Shown here one piece after another: positions 19,355-30,067 of a DNA stretch of 64,000 nucleotides. Position numbers and translations under genes: made by a program. This stretch comes from Candidatus Latescibacterota bacterium (lineage in GTDB: Bacteria; Latescibacterota; UBA2968; GCA-2709665). Position 1 is the stretch's first letter; each line of letters begins with the position of its first letter. The notes under the pieces were generated by a model. That model saw nothing but the letters and a program-made list of their open reading frames with translations, was not told where the DNA came from and did no database searches. The stretch is from contig OZ241917.1 in NCBI GenBank assembly GCA_965203805.1, forward strand, positions 4,128,001-4,192,000. The letters run 5' to 3'.

Positions 19355-20566
19355 ATGTCCCGCAAGTCCAGTGCTTTAGCTGCCGGCGCGATTGTCGTGG
19401 TCTCCGTGGCTCTGGCCGCGCTGCTGATTTCGCTGGCGCCCGAACCCACCCGGATCGAACAGCCTCCCCAGGTGCCTTTCGTGCAGACGGGACCGGTTTC
19501 AGCCGGGTCCGGATCCATTCCGGTTTTCGGATCCGGTACGGTGAGGCCAGGCGCGGAGGTCGCTGTCGTCCCCCAGGTGGGCGGCAGGGTTGTCTGGGTG
19601 GATCCGGGATTCAAGAGCGGAGGAAGGGTCAGGGCGAGCCAGACGGTTTTTCGTATCGAAGAGGTCCATTACCGGTTTCGGGTGCTGGAAGCGGAGGCCA
19701 CTGTCGCGGCCAGCCGTGCGGCCTTTCTCAGGGAGCAGGAGCAGGCATCCATCGCACGCTCGCAGTTCGAACTCTACGCCGCGCCGCGGGGAGATGAGAC
19801 GCCTCCGGCCGATGCGAATCCGCTCGCGCTCAGGGAACCTCAGTTGAACGCGGCGCGGGCGGCGCTGAGCCGCGACGAGGCGAGGCTTGCCGATGCCAGA
19901 CTCGCCCTTTCGAAGACACGGATTACCGCGCCTTTCAATGGCCTTGTCCGCGATGAGTCCGTTAACGTGGGACAGGTCGTGAGCCCGGGCCAGCCGGTGG
20001 GCCGGCTGATCGCTTCGGACGCGGCGGAAGTGGTCGTTCCACTGTCCGATTCCGACGCCGCCATGATCCCGGGACTCTGGGATCTGAATGCGGGAGACGG
20101 TAAACGTGACGTGTCAGCACGGGTGATCGCACGGTACGGCGAGGCCCGGTATGCCTGGCAGGGGTACGTGGACCGGGCCGAGGCATCCCTCGACGAGCAG
20201 ACGCGCACCATCGATGTGATCGTACGCGTACCGGATCCGCTTACGGCAGGCGCCCCGACGGACGGGAACGCCAGTCCCGGCAGCAGTCCACCGCTTCTGG
20301 TGGGCGAATTTGTCGAGGTGGAAATAGAAGGGCTGGTTTTGGAACGCTATTTCAAGGTGCCGCGGGCGTCGCTGAAACCCGGCAACGAGGTCTGGATGGT
20401 GAAAGCCGGCGTTGTGAAGCTTGTTCCGGTTCGCGTATTGCAGCGCGCCGACGATAAAGTGTTCGTGACGGGTTCGCTCGAACACGGTCTGGCGGTGATC
20501 ACGGGCGGAGTTCAGTTCGCCACGGAGGGAATGCCCGTCCAGACGGAAACTGACGGGTCGCCATGA
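19355..20566 (+). CDS. RND efflux periplasmic adaptor subunit
   Basis: N-terminal TM, PQVGGRV lipoyl half, coiled hairpin, TRITAPFNG, TRTIDV. Confidence 0.95.
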   Translation: MSRKSSALAAGAIVVVSVALAALLISLAPEPTRIEQPPQVPFVQTGPVSAGSGSIPVFGSGTVRPGAEVAVVPQVGGRVVWVDPGFKSGGRVRASQTVFRIEEVHYRFRVLEAEATVAASRAAFLREQEQASIARSQFELYAAPRGDETPPADANPLALREPQLNAARAALSRDEARLADARLALSKTRITAPFNGLVRDESVNVGQVVSPGQPVGRLIASDAAEVVVPLSDSDAAMIPGLWDLNAGDGKRDVSARVIARYGEARYAWQGYVDRAEASLDEQTRTIDVIVRVPDPLTAGAPTDGNASPGSSPPLLVGEFVEVEIEGLVLERYFKVPRASLKPGNEVWMVKAGVVKLVPVRVLQRADDKVFVTGSLEHGLAVITGGVQFATEGMPVQTETDGSP

Positions 20567-23500
20567 GTCCGAACGGGAACAACCACGGGGAACGGCCGGG
20601 GCCGATCGCCTACATGGCCGAAAACGGCATCGCGGCCAATCTGCTGATGTGGGTTATTATCGCGTTCGGGCTGGTGTCGCTGACCGGCCTGGAGCGGGAG
20701 GCGTGGCCCACGGTTCCGTTTTACCATATTGAAGTCTCGATGGCCTATCCCGGCGCCACGCCGGAGGAGGTGGAGGAGTCGATCGTTGTCAAGATCGAGG
20801 ACCGGGTCAGCGGTCTGGACGACGTAAAGGCGGTCAAGTCCGTGGCGGCGCCGGGCATCGCGTCCGTCAGGATTCAGATGGATTCCGGAACGGACATGGC
20901 CCGGGCCCTGGACGATATCGAGTCCGCGGTCAATCGCATTCAGACGTTCCCGGGCGGCGCCGAACGTCCCCTCTTCTGGGAAATGACCAACCGCCAGAGT
21001 ATGATGCGGCTCATTGTCTACGGCGATGTATCGGAGCGCTCTCTGAAGGAACTGGCCTACCAGATCGAGGACGAACTCAAGACGCTTGCCTCCGTGTCCC
21101 AGGTGGAGGTCAGCGGCGTCAGGAATTACGAAATCTCCATCGAAATTCCGCTTCATCGACTGAGGGCTCTCGGACTTACGCTCAACGACATTGCCGACAC
21201 GATTCGCCGCAGTTCCCTGGACCTGTCGGCCGGAAGCATCAATACCCGGGAATCCCAGGTGCGTGTCCGGACCCTGGGCCAGAACTACAACCAGCAGGAC
21301 TTCGAAGACATCGTCCTGCTCAGCAACAGCGACGGAACGGTCCTGCGCGTTGGCGATATCGCCGACGTCCGCGACGGTTTTCAGGAAGCCGACCTGATCG
21401 TCCGACACCAGAACCAGCCCGCTGTATTCGTGGAGGTGTACCGGGCTGACGGCGAGCACGTAATGGATGTGGCCACGGCCGTGCGGGAGCACCTGGCGAA
21501 CGAGGTAATTCCGTCTCTGCCCGGCGGCGTGGGCGTTACCATCTGGAACGACGAGTCCCAGGACTTCAAGGAACGCACCGAGATTCTCATCAAGAACGGT
21601 ATCCTGGGCCTTCTTCTGGTGCTGGTCTCACTCAGCCTTTTTCTCCAGATCCGGCTGGCGATGTGGGTCGCCGTGGGTCTCGCCGTGTCGGGTATCGGCG
21701 CCATGGCGGCCATGCTTGTCCTGGACGTCGCGATCAACGCTCAGAGCCTGTTCTCATTCGTCCTCGCCATAGGTATTGTCGTCGACGATGCGATCGTCGT
21801 GTCCGAACTCATCGAGAAAGAACGCAAGCGGGGCACCCCCGGAGTCCAGGCTGCAATCCGCGGCGCCCGCAGAATAAAAGTACCGTTGATATTCGCGGTT
21901 CTCACCACGGTTGCCGCCTTCGTCCCGCTCCTGTTCATCCCCGGCGGCGTCGGTGAGTCCTGGCGGGCGCTGCCGATCATCATGATTGCCATCCTCCTGT
22001 TTTCCCTTGTCGAATCGCTGCTAATTCTTCCCAACCACCTCTCCCATATGCACGGTCCCGAATGGACGCCGAAAAACGCCTTCGATCGGTTATTCGCGCG
22101 GGTCCAGGGTCATGTCGACGTGCTGCTGAACCGGTTCGTGCAGGGACCCCTGGACAGGGCATTGCGGTTCGCGGCGGACCAGCCATGGGTGACCATGGCG
22201 GGAGCGGTGGGATTGCTCGTACTGTGTTTCGCTCTGGTGGGCGCGGGTATCATCTCGACGACGTTGGCGGCTGAGGTCGAGGGGGATTTCGCAACCGTGA
22301 CTCTGGAGATGCCCGACGGGACGACCGCCGCGAGGACTTACGAGGTGGCCCGGGAACTGGAGGCGGCCGGGCACCGGGTCATCGAACGACTCTCTCGCGA
22401 GCGACCCGCGGACGCGCCTCCGCTGCTTGCCGGCGTGATCGTGACGGTCGGCCAGCGGCCGCGGGTCCAGGGCGGAGGGCTGAACCCGGCGCCAACCCTG
22501 AATCCGGAAGCCAATGTCGCCACCGTCGAATTCAGACTATTGAGCGCTCAGCAACGGCAGGTCTCCACCGTTGATTTCGTTCAGGCCTGGCGCGAGGAAG
22601 TGGGGGTATTGCCCTACGTGAGGGGTATCACTTACAGCGGGGAGGTCATCGACTTCGGCAACCCCGTGGAGGCCGTCCTGTCCCATCCGAATCCGGAGCG
22701 CCTCGTCCGGGTCGCAGGGACGGTGGTCGACGGACTCCGCGGCATTGGGGGCGTCCACGACGTACGATCGGATCACGCGCCGGGTGTCCCGGAGGTTCAA
22801 CTCGAGTTGCGGCCCGAAGCGCAGACGCTCGGTCTCACGCTTGATGCATTGGCCGGCCAGGCGCGCGCCGCGTTTTTCGGAGCGGAAGCCGTCCGGATTC
22901 AGCGCGGGCGCGAGGAAGTCCGTGCCTACGTGCGGCTGCCCGAAGATGAGCGGAATTCCATTACCGATATCGAAGGGTACCTGATCCGGACGCCTAACGG
23001 TGCGGAGATTCCGGTAACCGGCGTTGCCGCGATGAAATCGGGCATGTCGCCGCCGGCCATTCGACGGAAGGACGGCCAGCGCGTGGTCACGGTTACTGCC
23101 GACGTGGACGCGGCGGTGATTTCCGGGGATGAAGCCAACGACATCCTGGCCAACTCGATTCTCGCGGACCTGACTGCCGCAGACCCGGACCTGACCTACA
23201 CGTTCGGGGGCGAGCAACAACAGCAGCTCGAGTCTCTCGATGCGCTGTTTCGCGGGTTCGCAATTGCGTTGATGATGATCTTCGTGCTGCTCGCCATTCC
23301 CCTGCGCTCCTACACCAAACCGTTCATTATTATGGCCGTCATCCCCTTCGGCCTGATTGGCGTGATCCTGGGTCACTGGGTCCTGGGGTTGGCCCTGAGC
23401 GCGGTATCGTTCATGGGTGTCTTCGGCCTGAGCGGCGTGGTTGTGAACGATTCCCTGGTGATGATCGATTTCATCGATCAGAAACTCAATGAAGGCGCCC

Positions 23501-23739
23501 CGGTGCGAACCGCGATCATCGAAGGCGCAAAGGGGCGTTTTCGTCCGATTATGCTCACTTCCCTTACGACTTTCCTCGGCTTTTTCCCCCTCATTCTGGA
23601 ACGCGCCATTCAGGCCCAGTTCCTCGTCCCCTTCGCAGCGTCGCTCGGTTTCGGCATCGTCATCGCCACGTCAATCCTGCTGATGGTCGTTCCCGCGCTC
23701 TACGCGATCCGTTTGCATCTGGTTCCCGTGCGGGATTGA
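20563..23739 (+). CDS. RND efflux permease (AcrB family)
   Basis: YPGATPEEVE, GIVVDDAIVV, GVVVNDSLV, RFRPIMLTSLTT; ATGA overlap with the adaptor gene. Confidence 0.96.
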   Translation: MSPNGNNHGERPGPIAYMAENGIAANLLMWVIIAFGLVSLTGLEREAWPTVPFYHIEVSMAYPGATPEEVEESIVVKIEDRVSGLDDVKAVKSVAAPGIASVRIQMDSGTDMARALDDIESAVNRIQTFPGGAERPLFWEMTNRQSMMRLIVYGDVSERSLKELAYQIEDELKTLASVSQVEVSGVRNYEISIEIPLHRLRALGLTLNDIADTIRRSSLDLSAGSINTRESQVRVRTLGQNYNQQDFEDIVLLSNSDGTVLRVGDIADVRDGFQEADLIVRHQNQPAVFVEVYRADGEHVMDVATAVREHLANEVIPSLPGGVGVTIWNDESQDFKERTEILIKNGILGLLLVLVSLSLFLQIRLAMWVAVGLAVSGIGAMAAMLVLDVAINAQSLFSFVLAIGIVVDDAIVVSELIEKERKRGTPGVQAAIRGARRIKVPLIFAVLTTVAAFVPLLFIPGGVGESWRALPIIMIAILLFSLVESLLILPNHLSHMHGPEWTPKNAFDRLFARVQGHVDVLLNRFVQGPLDRALRFAADQPWVTMAGAVGLLVLCFALVGAGIISTTLAAEVEGDFATVTLEMPDGTTAARTYEVARELEAAGHRVIERLSRERPADAPPLLAGVIVTVGQRPRVQGGGLNPAPTLNPEANVATVEFRLLSAQQRQVSTVDFVQAWREEVGVLPYVRGITYSGEVIDFGNPVEAVLSHPNPERLVRVAGTVVDGLRGIGGVHDVRSDHAPGVPEVQLELRPEAQTLGLTLDALAGQARAAFFGAEAVRIQRGREEVRAYVRLPEDERNSITDIEGYLIRTPNGAEIPVTGVAAMKSGMSPPAIRRKDGQRVVTVTADVDAAVISGDEANDILANSILADLTAADPDLTYTFGGEQQQQLESLDALFRGFAIALMMIFVLLAIPLRSYTKPFIIMAVIPFGLIGVILGHWVLGLALSAVSFMGVFGLSGVVVNDSLVMIDFIDQKLNEGAPVRTAIIEGAKGRFRPIMLTSLTTFLGFFPLILERAIQAQFLVPFAASLGFGIVIATSILLMVVPALYAIRLHLVPVRD

Positions 23740-23914
23740 GCGAAATCCGCGCAAGTGTGGCGTTTTGAAGGGCAACCCTTGTGGTTGTCCGCCTTTGACG
23801 TTGTTTTTATTACGATTTAGACTTGCCCGATCAAGGCTCATCGTTATATTTGTTAGAGGCGTATCAAGGGAAATTGCAGTGCGGTATCGAGACTATACCG
23901 GGGGGCGAAGGCCG

Positions 23915-25942
23915 ATGGCTGTCAAGAGTGGGGAGCAGGCGACCGAAACGCTGTGTTTGCACGATGAACTCATCCTGATGCTCCTCAACGAGGAGAACGG
24001 CTACTTTCATCAGGTACCCGGGTGGGATCTGAACTGCGCCGTCGTCGGCGCGGTACTCGCGGACCTCTCTCTGCGGTCGCGAATCGACACGGACATGGCA
24101 TCGCTGTTTCTTGTGGACCCCACGGAAACTGGCGATCCCGCCCTGGATCCCATTCTGAAGGAAATCGCAGACGAGCCGGCTCAACACAACACCCAGTACT
24201 GGATTGAACGGCTGGCGCCCCATGCCGAGGCAGTCATTGATTACACGCTGGACCACCTGGTCGATCTCAAGATCCTTGAACACCACGACGGCGATTTCTG
24301 GACGGTGTCACATACGGTCTGGCAGTCAGAATTTTACGGCGACTACCAGGAAGGCACCGCAGGCCAGTTCATCAAGACGCGTATCAGCAGGGCCATCTTC
24401 TCGAACGAAATTCCCGATCCGAGAGACGTCATAATCATCTGCCTCGTCAACACGTGCGACGTCTTTCGCTTCATATTCCAGCTCGACGAAAAGGCGGAGG
24501 CTCGCATCGAGGCCATCTGCAGGATGGACCTGATCGGCCGGTCCATCGCCGCTGCGGTTGCCCATAACCTGGCCGGACCGCTGCTGCGCCGTTCCACCCT
24601 GACCAAGCACATTCCGCGTGTAACGCTGCGCGACGTCGTGTTCAGTCGCCATGTCCGAAGCGGCAACATACCCGCGCTTCTGGCAGATCTCACACAGAAG
24701 TACGGCCCGGTTTTCGAGATGCGTCTGCCGTTTGCGAAACCCATGGTCTTCCTTTCCGGGCCAGAGCCGAACCGATGGGTGCATCGGCACGGGCGAATGT
24801 ATCTAAGATCCAGGGACTATTTCGCCGACTTCGAGAAAATCTATGGCGCGTCCGGCGTGTTGCCCTCCCTGGACGGCGCCGATCATTTCCGGCTTCGCAA
24901 AGCTTTGTCGCCTGCTTATTCAAGAGCGAGACTGGTTGCGCAACTGGACAAGCTCTACCATTATGCTCGCAACTACATGGCGGATTGGTCGGTTGGCGAC
25001 GCGTACCCTGCAACGCCTACGTGCCGGCGGATGATCAACGCGCAGATCTCACCTCTGTCCGTGACGGTGGATACGCAGGATATCATCGACGATCTGATCG
25101 AGTACAAAGAGCGCGCGCTCAGCACCCACATCATCGGGGCCCTGCCCAAATTCCTGCTGAACACACCGGGAATGAAACGACGGGCGAAAGGCGTGGACAC
25201 CTTGCTGGAACGGATCCAGGGTGTCCATACGCCCGCCCAGCGGGCCGGTTGCCCGCGAAATCTTGCCGATGACCTGTTGAGTCTGAACGCGAGCGATCCA
25301 CAGGTCGTACCCGAGTCGAATCTGCGTTTCGCTCTGTCAGCGGCGCTGATTGCCAGCGTGTATCTTGGCGATGCGTTCAGCTTTGCGTTGTACGCCATGG
25401 CGTCACAGCCTCCACTTTACGAGAAGATCCGGAGTGAGGCCGACGCCCTGTTTGAGAACGGAGACCCCGATGGCGAAGACTTCACGCCATCCGCGATCGA
25501 CGTCACTCACCGCTTCCTCATGGAGTGCCTGCGGATGTATCCCATTGTCCCCCTGTCCATGCGAAACGTGATGAATACGTGCGTGGTCGAGGGTTACGAG
25601 ATACCTGTGGGGACACGGGTCTACATTGCGCAGACAGCCCCGCATTACATGGATGACGTCTTCCCTGACCCCTTCACGTTCGATATCGACCGGTATCAGG
25701 CGCCTCGAAACGAGCACCGCAGTCCCGGATACGCGCCGTTCGGGCTGGGCACGCATACGTGTCTCGGCTCCAGGTGGCTGGAGTTGCAGCTGGCCGCCAA
25801 CGTGCTGATGGTGGCGCACTACTTTACGATCGAGGTGTCCCCGGCGAACTATATGCTCAAATTCAGCCCGATACCTTCGATGAAACCGAGCAAGAAGCTG
25901 AAGTTTCACGTTGCCGAGAAAAGGCGCGAACTTCCCGTCTGA
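23915..25942 (+). CDS. GPP34 (GOLPH3/Vps74)-like domain fused to cytochrome P450
   Basis: N-terminal LHDELILMLLNEENG..GAVLADLSLRSRI..TGDPALD..L..I (GPP34-like). C-terminal P450 with ECLR (ExxR), FPDPFTFDIDR and FGLGTHTCLG heme ligand. Confidence 0.88.
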   Translation: MAVKSGEQATETLCLHDELILMLLNEENGYFHQVPGWDLNCAVVGAVLADLSLRSRIDTDMASLFLVDPTETGDPALDPILKEIADEPAQHNTQYWIERLAPHAEAVIDYTLDHLVDLKILEHHDGDFWTVSHTVWQSEFYGDYQEGTAGQFIKTRISRAIFSNEIPDPRDVIIICLVNTCDVFRFIFQLDEKAEARIEAICRMDLIGRSIAAAVAHNLAGPLLRRSTLTKHIPRVTLRDVVFSRHVRSGNIPALLADLTQKYGPVFEMRLPFAKPMVFLSGPEPNRWVHRHGRMYLRSRDYFADFEKIYGASGVLPSLDGADHFRLRKALSPAYSRARLVAQLDKLYHYARNYMADWSVGDAYPATPTCRRMINAQISPLSVTVDTQDIIDDLIEYKERALSTHIIGALPKFLLNTPGMKRRAKGVDTLLERIQGVHTPAQRAGCPRNLADDLLSLNASDPQVVPESNLRFALSAALIASVYLGDAFSFALYAMASQPPLYEKIRSEADALFENGDPDGEDFTPSAIDVTHRFLMECLRMYPIVPLSMRNVMNTCVVEGYEIPVGTRVYIAQTAPHYMDDVFPDPFTFDIDRYQAPRNEHRSPGYAPFGLGTHTCLGSRWLELQLAANVLMVAHYFTIEVSPANYMLKFSPIPSMKPSKKLKFHVAEKRRELPV

Positions 25943-26014
25943 CGTGCCGTGGCGACGGGGGGGTTGAAAAAACGTCTCCCGAACTTTCGGTCCGCCCGGG
26001 AATGTGTTTTCAAC

Positions 26015-26051
26015 AGGAGCCTGTCGGAAAACCTCTGACAGGCTTCTTTTT
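26015..26051 (+). terminator. Intrinsic terminator after the P450 gene
   Basis: AGGAGCCTGTCGG...CTGACAGGCTTCT followed by a T tract. Confidence 0.7.
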
Positions 26052-26111
26052 AGTTTTATCGGGGAGCAACCTGTAGTCTACATCCTCATCGCGCAAAGAT
26101 AAGGGGTACCT

Positions 26112-27491
26112 GTGGGAAAGAGTGAAGAACTGCGGCGCATCGCCATCGTCGGCGGAGGCATATCGGGTCTGGGGGCCGCGTGGGCGCTGCATTGTCACCC
26201 GGACCGGTTCGATTTCCGGCTTTTCGAGGCTGAGGATAGGATCGGCGGGAATGCGATTACAGCGGATATGCCGCAGGATGACGGCGCCGCCATTCCCTTC
26301 GACATTTCCGTCACCGCCTGTATTCCATCGATATATCGGCACATCCTGCTCCTGATGGCGTCGTTCGGCATTGATCTGGTCGATACCAGATTCAGCTACA
26401 GCGTAAGGTATCGCGGCGGCATCTACGCCCACGATTTCGACTCCGATATCAGAAAGCAGTTGCAATTCGAGATCGCAAAGTTCCAGCGGCTTCTGTCACG
26501 ACTGCATGGGTTCGGCAGGCTGACCCGCTCCCGGTCAAGATTTCTGAACGCCCTCAATCCGTTCAACTACGTCAGCATGGAGACGGTCCTGAACTTTGCC
26601 GGGTTTTCCGGGGACTTCAGGTATAAGGTACTGAAGCCCATGTTTGTCAATTTCCTGATGGCGACCAACGTGTTCGATATGCCCGCAGCGCTCTTCTCGA
26701 GATATCTCGATTTCTTCAATATCGAAACCGCCACGCCCATGCAGACGTGGGATCAGGGAACGCGACGCATCTACGAGAACCTGGCCGCTGGCTTTCGGGA
26801 CAGGATTTGCCTCAACCGTCCTGTCCGGAAGGTGTTCCGCGGGTCGTCCCACGTTGTGGTCGAGGACGAGCATGGCGTTAAGGAGACGTTTGACGACGTG
26901 ATTTTCGCATGCAATGCGAACCAGACGCTGATGATGCTCGACAGACCCTCGATGCTGGAGCGCTATATTCTCTCCTCAATACGATACGAGAGCGAACTCC
27001 ACAACCATACGATCGTCCACTCCGACGCGTCGGTACTTCCGAATAACGAAGTGAAACCCCTCACAACGCGGAGCAATCACATCGAACAATACGGCGCCAG
27101 ACCGGACAACTATGAAATCACGTATATCATGCACAACCAGCAACCGTGGGCGAACCGGTCCGACCGGCCCTGTCTGGTGACCTACAACCCGATCAGCCGG
27201 ATCGATTCACGAAAGATCATCGGCAGGTGGTGGTTTCAGCATATTGTCCACGATGTGCGCCACGTTGCCTGGCTCGTTCCCCTGTTCCGCTTCATTCAGG
27301 GCAGGAAACGGACCTGGCACTGCGGCGCCCATACGCTGGTCAACAGCCAGGAGACCTGCTTTGTGAGCGGGCTCGCGACCGCAACACAGATCGGCGCGGA
27401 CTACCCCTTCGACGATTCAGAGGCAAAGCGGTGGTTCAACTATTACGGGAACATCATGTATGGCTGGAGGTTCAGGAAAGCGAGGGGCTGA
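26112..27491 (+). CDS. FAD-dependent oxidoreductase (amine oxidase fold, COG2907-like)
   Basis: IAIVGGGISGLGAAW, LFEAEDRIGG, FDDVIFAC, VHSDASVLP, QG..RTWHCGA. Confidence 0.85.
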   Translation: MGKSEELRRIAIVGGGISGLGAAWALHCHPDRFDFRLFEAEDRIGGNAITADMPQDDGAAIPFDISVTACIPSIYRHILLLMASFGIDLVDTRFSYSVRYRGGIYAHDFDSDIRKQLQFEIAKFQRLLSRLHGFGRLTRSRSRFLNALNPFNYVSMETVLNFAGFSGDFRYKVLKPMFVNFLMATNVFDMPAALFSRYLDFFNIETATPMQTWDQGTRRIYENLAAGFRDRICLNRPVRKVFRGSSHVVVEDEHGVKETFDDVIFACNANQTLMMLDRPSMLERYILSSIRYESELHNHTIVHSDASVLPNNEVKPLTTRSNHIEQYGARPDNYEITYIMHNQQPWANRSDRPCLVTYNPISRIDSRKIIGRWWFQHIVHDVRHVAWLVPLFRFIQGRKRTWHCGAHTLVNSQETCFVSGLATATQIGADYPFDDSEAKRWFNYYGNIMYGWRFRKARG

Positions 27492-27702
27492 AGACGACGG
27501 AAGACCGTTGAGAAAAGACGGAGTTAATGCGAAGATTTGCGGATACGCGATGAAGGTTGACAATAAAGGGCTGCGAAATATTCCGGTGCTTCGCTGAGCA
27601 ACAGAAGAAACAGTTCGTCGCACAAACTGACAGTTTGCGCTGCGGTGGGTGGGTCGGTGTCATTGACGTTTCTGCTTTTGGCTGACTGCTAACCGCTGAT
27701 GG

Positions 27703-28767
27703 CTAACTGCTACCGGGATAAAACTGCCGGCAATAGCGACGGTAGGTTCCGATAGGACCGTCGGAACGGCACAACCTGGGGGGCGACCGATGCCGTTTCT
27801 TCTCCCAGATCACCACGTCCTGCAGCACGTCCCGTTTCTGCTGTGACAGCAGAATATGATTCATCAGCCTCTGGCGCAGCTTCGAAGGGACGAATCCCAG
27901 GCCCGTAATGAACCGCCGGGGCTTTCGTAATTCTCTCAGCTGGCCGGCCAGAACGAGATCGATGACGTCGCCGTCGACAGGTGTCGGAAGGACCCACAAT
28001 CTCGCGTGCATATCGATGGTTTTCTCGTGGACCTCGACGAAAGAGTAGCCCAGACCATGGACGTGGGTTATCGCGGAGACTTCATACTCGAGGTCCTTTA
28101 CACCCAGGATACTGCGAACGCGTTTGAAGTCGAAACAACTCTTCAGGTAGGCGCCGTCCACAGTTACCGAGCCGACCGGATTCACGTTGTCGTATCCGTG
28201 AACGTAGCGCAGGTGTCCCACGTCAACTGAGTTCTCGCCCGTTTCCTGGGGATGGCTGCGAAACCGGAGGCGCCGGAATCCCAGCTTGCTCCATTCCGGG
28301 CCGGTTGGCGGATCATCCGGAAGGTCCCATTGCGAAGGGCGGCCGCCGCTTCCGTACCAGGCGAAGACCATGCCGAGGATCTCACTGGTCTCGTAGACCT
28401 GTAACCTGGCGGCCTTTGCCGCAGGTGCGTACGGCGTCGCAACGCATTGGCCGGTCGTATCGAATTCAAAGCCGTGAAACGGACAGACGAGGCGCCCCTC
28501 GCATACCTTGCCGCCGACCTCCGGCCCGAGGGACGAGCCCAGGTGCGGGCAGATGGAGTCGGCCACGCAGATACGCCCTTCTTCGTCGCACCAGGCGACG
28601 ATTTCCTCGCCCATCCACGTCTTCTCAATCAGTTTCTCTCGAAGAAGGGACTGCCGCGTCGTTACCAGGTACCACCCTTCGGGGAACGGAGGCAGATGAT
28701 CGGCTCCCGCCCTCCCCGGCCGGTCGATTGTACCTGGCTGCGACTCTCGTGACCCTGTTGTAGACAT
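27703..28767 (-). CDS. Rieske [2Fe-2S] oxygenase (KshA/Neverland-like architecture)
   Basis: PFPEGWY, CPHLG..CPFHG cluster ligands, ENSVDVGHLRYVH mononuclear Fe motif, QDVVIWE. Confidence 0.9.
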   Translation of the reverse strand: MSTTGSRESQPGTIDRPGRAGADHLPPFPEGWYLVTTRQSLLREKLIEKTWMGEEIVAWCDEEGRICVADSICPHLGSSLGPEVGGKVCEGRLVCPFHGFEFDTTGQCVATPYAPAAKAARLQVYETSEILGMVFAWYGSGGRPSQWDLPDDPPTGPEWSKLGFRRLRFRSHPQETGENSVDVGHLRYVHGYDNVNPVGSVTVDGAYLKSCFDFKRVRSILGVKDLEYEVSAITHVHGLGYSFVEVHEKTIDMHARLWVLPTPVDGDVIDLVLAGQLRELRKPRRFITGLGFVPSKLRQRLMNHILLSQQKRDVLQDVVIWEKKRHRSPPRLCRSDGPIGTYRRYCRQFYPGSS

Positions 28768-28783
28768 TGGAATCCCTTGTGTG

Positions 28784-30067
28784 CTACCACGCCGTCAGCG
28801 CGTCTTTAAAGAGCGCCGCCAGGTCCTCTTTGCCGGCGGGCCTCGGCGACAGCTTGGTCACCCGGTGCTGGGGCAGCGTGCCGTCCACCAGCGCCGGCAC
28901 ATCGGCTTCCGTAAAACCGATTGCCGAAAGTCCGTTGGGCATTTCAAGCCGCTTCATCAGGACGACGATGCGGTCCGCCAGCAGCTCGCCTGCCTCGGTT
29001 TCGGGATTCGTGACTGAGGATACCTCTCCTCCGAGCAATTCCGCGGCTTTCAGATGCCGGTCGGGGCAGGCCGGACCCGTAAACCGAAAAGACGCCGGGG
29101 CATTCAGGAAGACCGACATTCCGTGCGGTACGATGGGATGATGGCTCACCATGCCCTCGGGCTTGTAATCCCGTACCATCCCGGACACGGGATAGGACAT
29201 TCCGTGAGGCAGGTGAACGCCCGCGTTGCCGAACCCCATCCCCGCCATACTCGACGCCAGGATCATGTTCGACCGTGCCTCGTCGTCCTCCGGGTCCGCC
29301 ACCGCGCGCACGATGTTTTCCGCGACCAGTTCGATGGCTCTGATCGCCCACATGTCGCTGATGGGATTTGTGCCCTGATAGGCCGGGCGCAGAATCGGCC
29401 GTTCGGGCAGCGGTCGCTGATCGTACGGAATCGCCGTATATGACTCGAGGGCGTGGCACAGCACGTCCAGGCCCGTGGATGCCGCGACAACCGGCGGCAT
29501 CGTCCGTGTATTCTCGGGGTCCACGATGCCCAGCGTCGGCTTCAAACGGCGGTGCGCGATTCCGGTTTTGACGTGTTTTTCGGAGATATCGAAGATGGTA
29601 ACTCCGGTTGTCTCGCTGCCCGTTCCGGCGGTTGTGGGAATCGCAATCAGCGGCTTGAGCGCCCCGGGTACCGGCTTGCCGCTGCCAATGGGTGCGTTCA
29701 CATAGGCGTAGAAATCGTCTGGGTACGTGGAATACAGATTTGCGGCCTTTGCCGTATCGATCGAGGAGCCCCCGCCCACCGCGACAAACGCGTCGAAGTT
29801 TCCGTCCAATGCAAAGTCGATCGCCTGCTGAAATGACACGTCTGTCGGCTCTACGCGGACCCGATCGTAAAGCGCGTAATCGACGCCCTCGCGCTTCAGA
29901 GCGTCGACCGCCGTCCGCACCGGGTGCAGGTCCACCAGGTTGGGGTCGGTGAGCAGCATCACCCGCCCGACGCCAAGTTCGGACAGGTCCATGCCCACTT
30001 CCCGTGTGGCGCCCGGGCCGAACCGCAGATTCGACGTTCCCATCTCGAACGCGAAATCGGTCTGCAT
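28784..30067 (-). CDS. Iron-containing alcohol dehydrogenase, hydroxyacid-oxoacid transhydrogenase-like
   Basis: GGGSSIDTAK, YVNAPIGSG, PTTAGTGSE, DVLCHALESYTA, RPAYQG, GVHLPHGMSYPVSG. Confidence 0.93.
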   Translation of the reverse strand: MQTDFAFEMGTSNLRFGPGATREVGMDLSELGVGRVMLLTDPNLVDLHPVRTAVDALKREGVDYALYDRVRVEPTDVSFQQAIDFALDGNFDAFVAVGGGSSIDTAKAANLYSTYPDDFYAYVNAPIGSGKPVPGALKPLIAIPTTAGTGSETTGVTIFDISEKHVKTGIAHRRLKPTLGIVDPENTRTMPPVVAASTGLDVLCHALESYTAIPYDQRPLPERPILRPAYQGTNPISDMWAIRAIELVAENIVRAVADPEDDEARSNMILASSMAGMGFGNAGVHLPHGMSYPVSGMVRDYKPEGMVSHHPIVPHGMSVFLNAPASFRFTGPACPDRHLKAAELLGGEVSSVTNPETEAGELLADRIVVLMKRLEMPNGLSAIGFTEADVPALVDGTLPQHRVTKLSPRPAGKEDLAALFKDALTAW

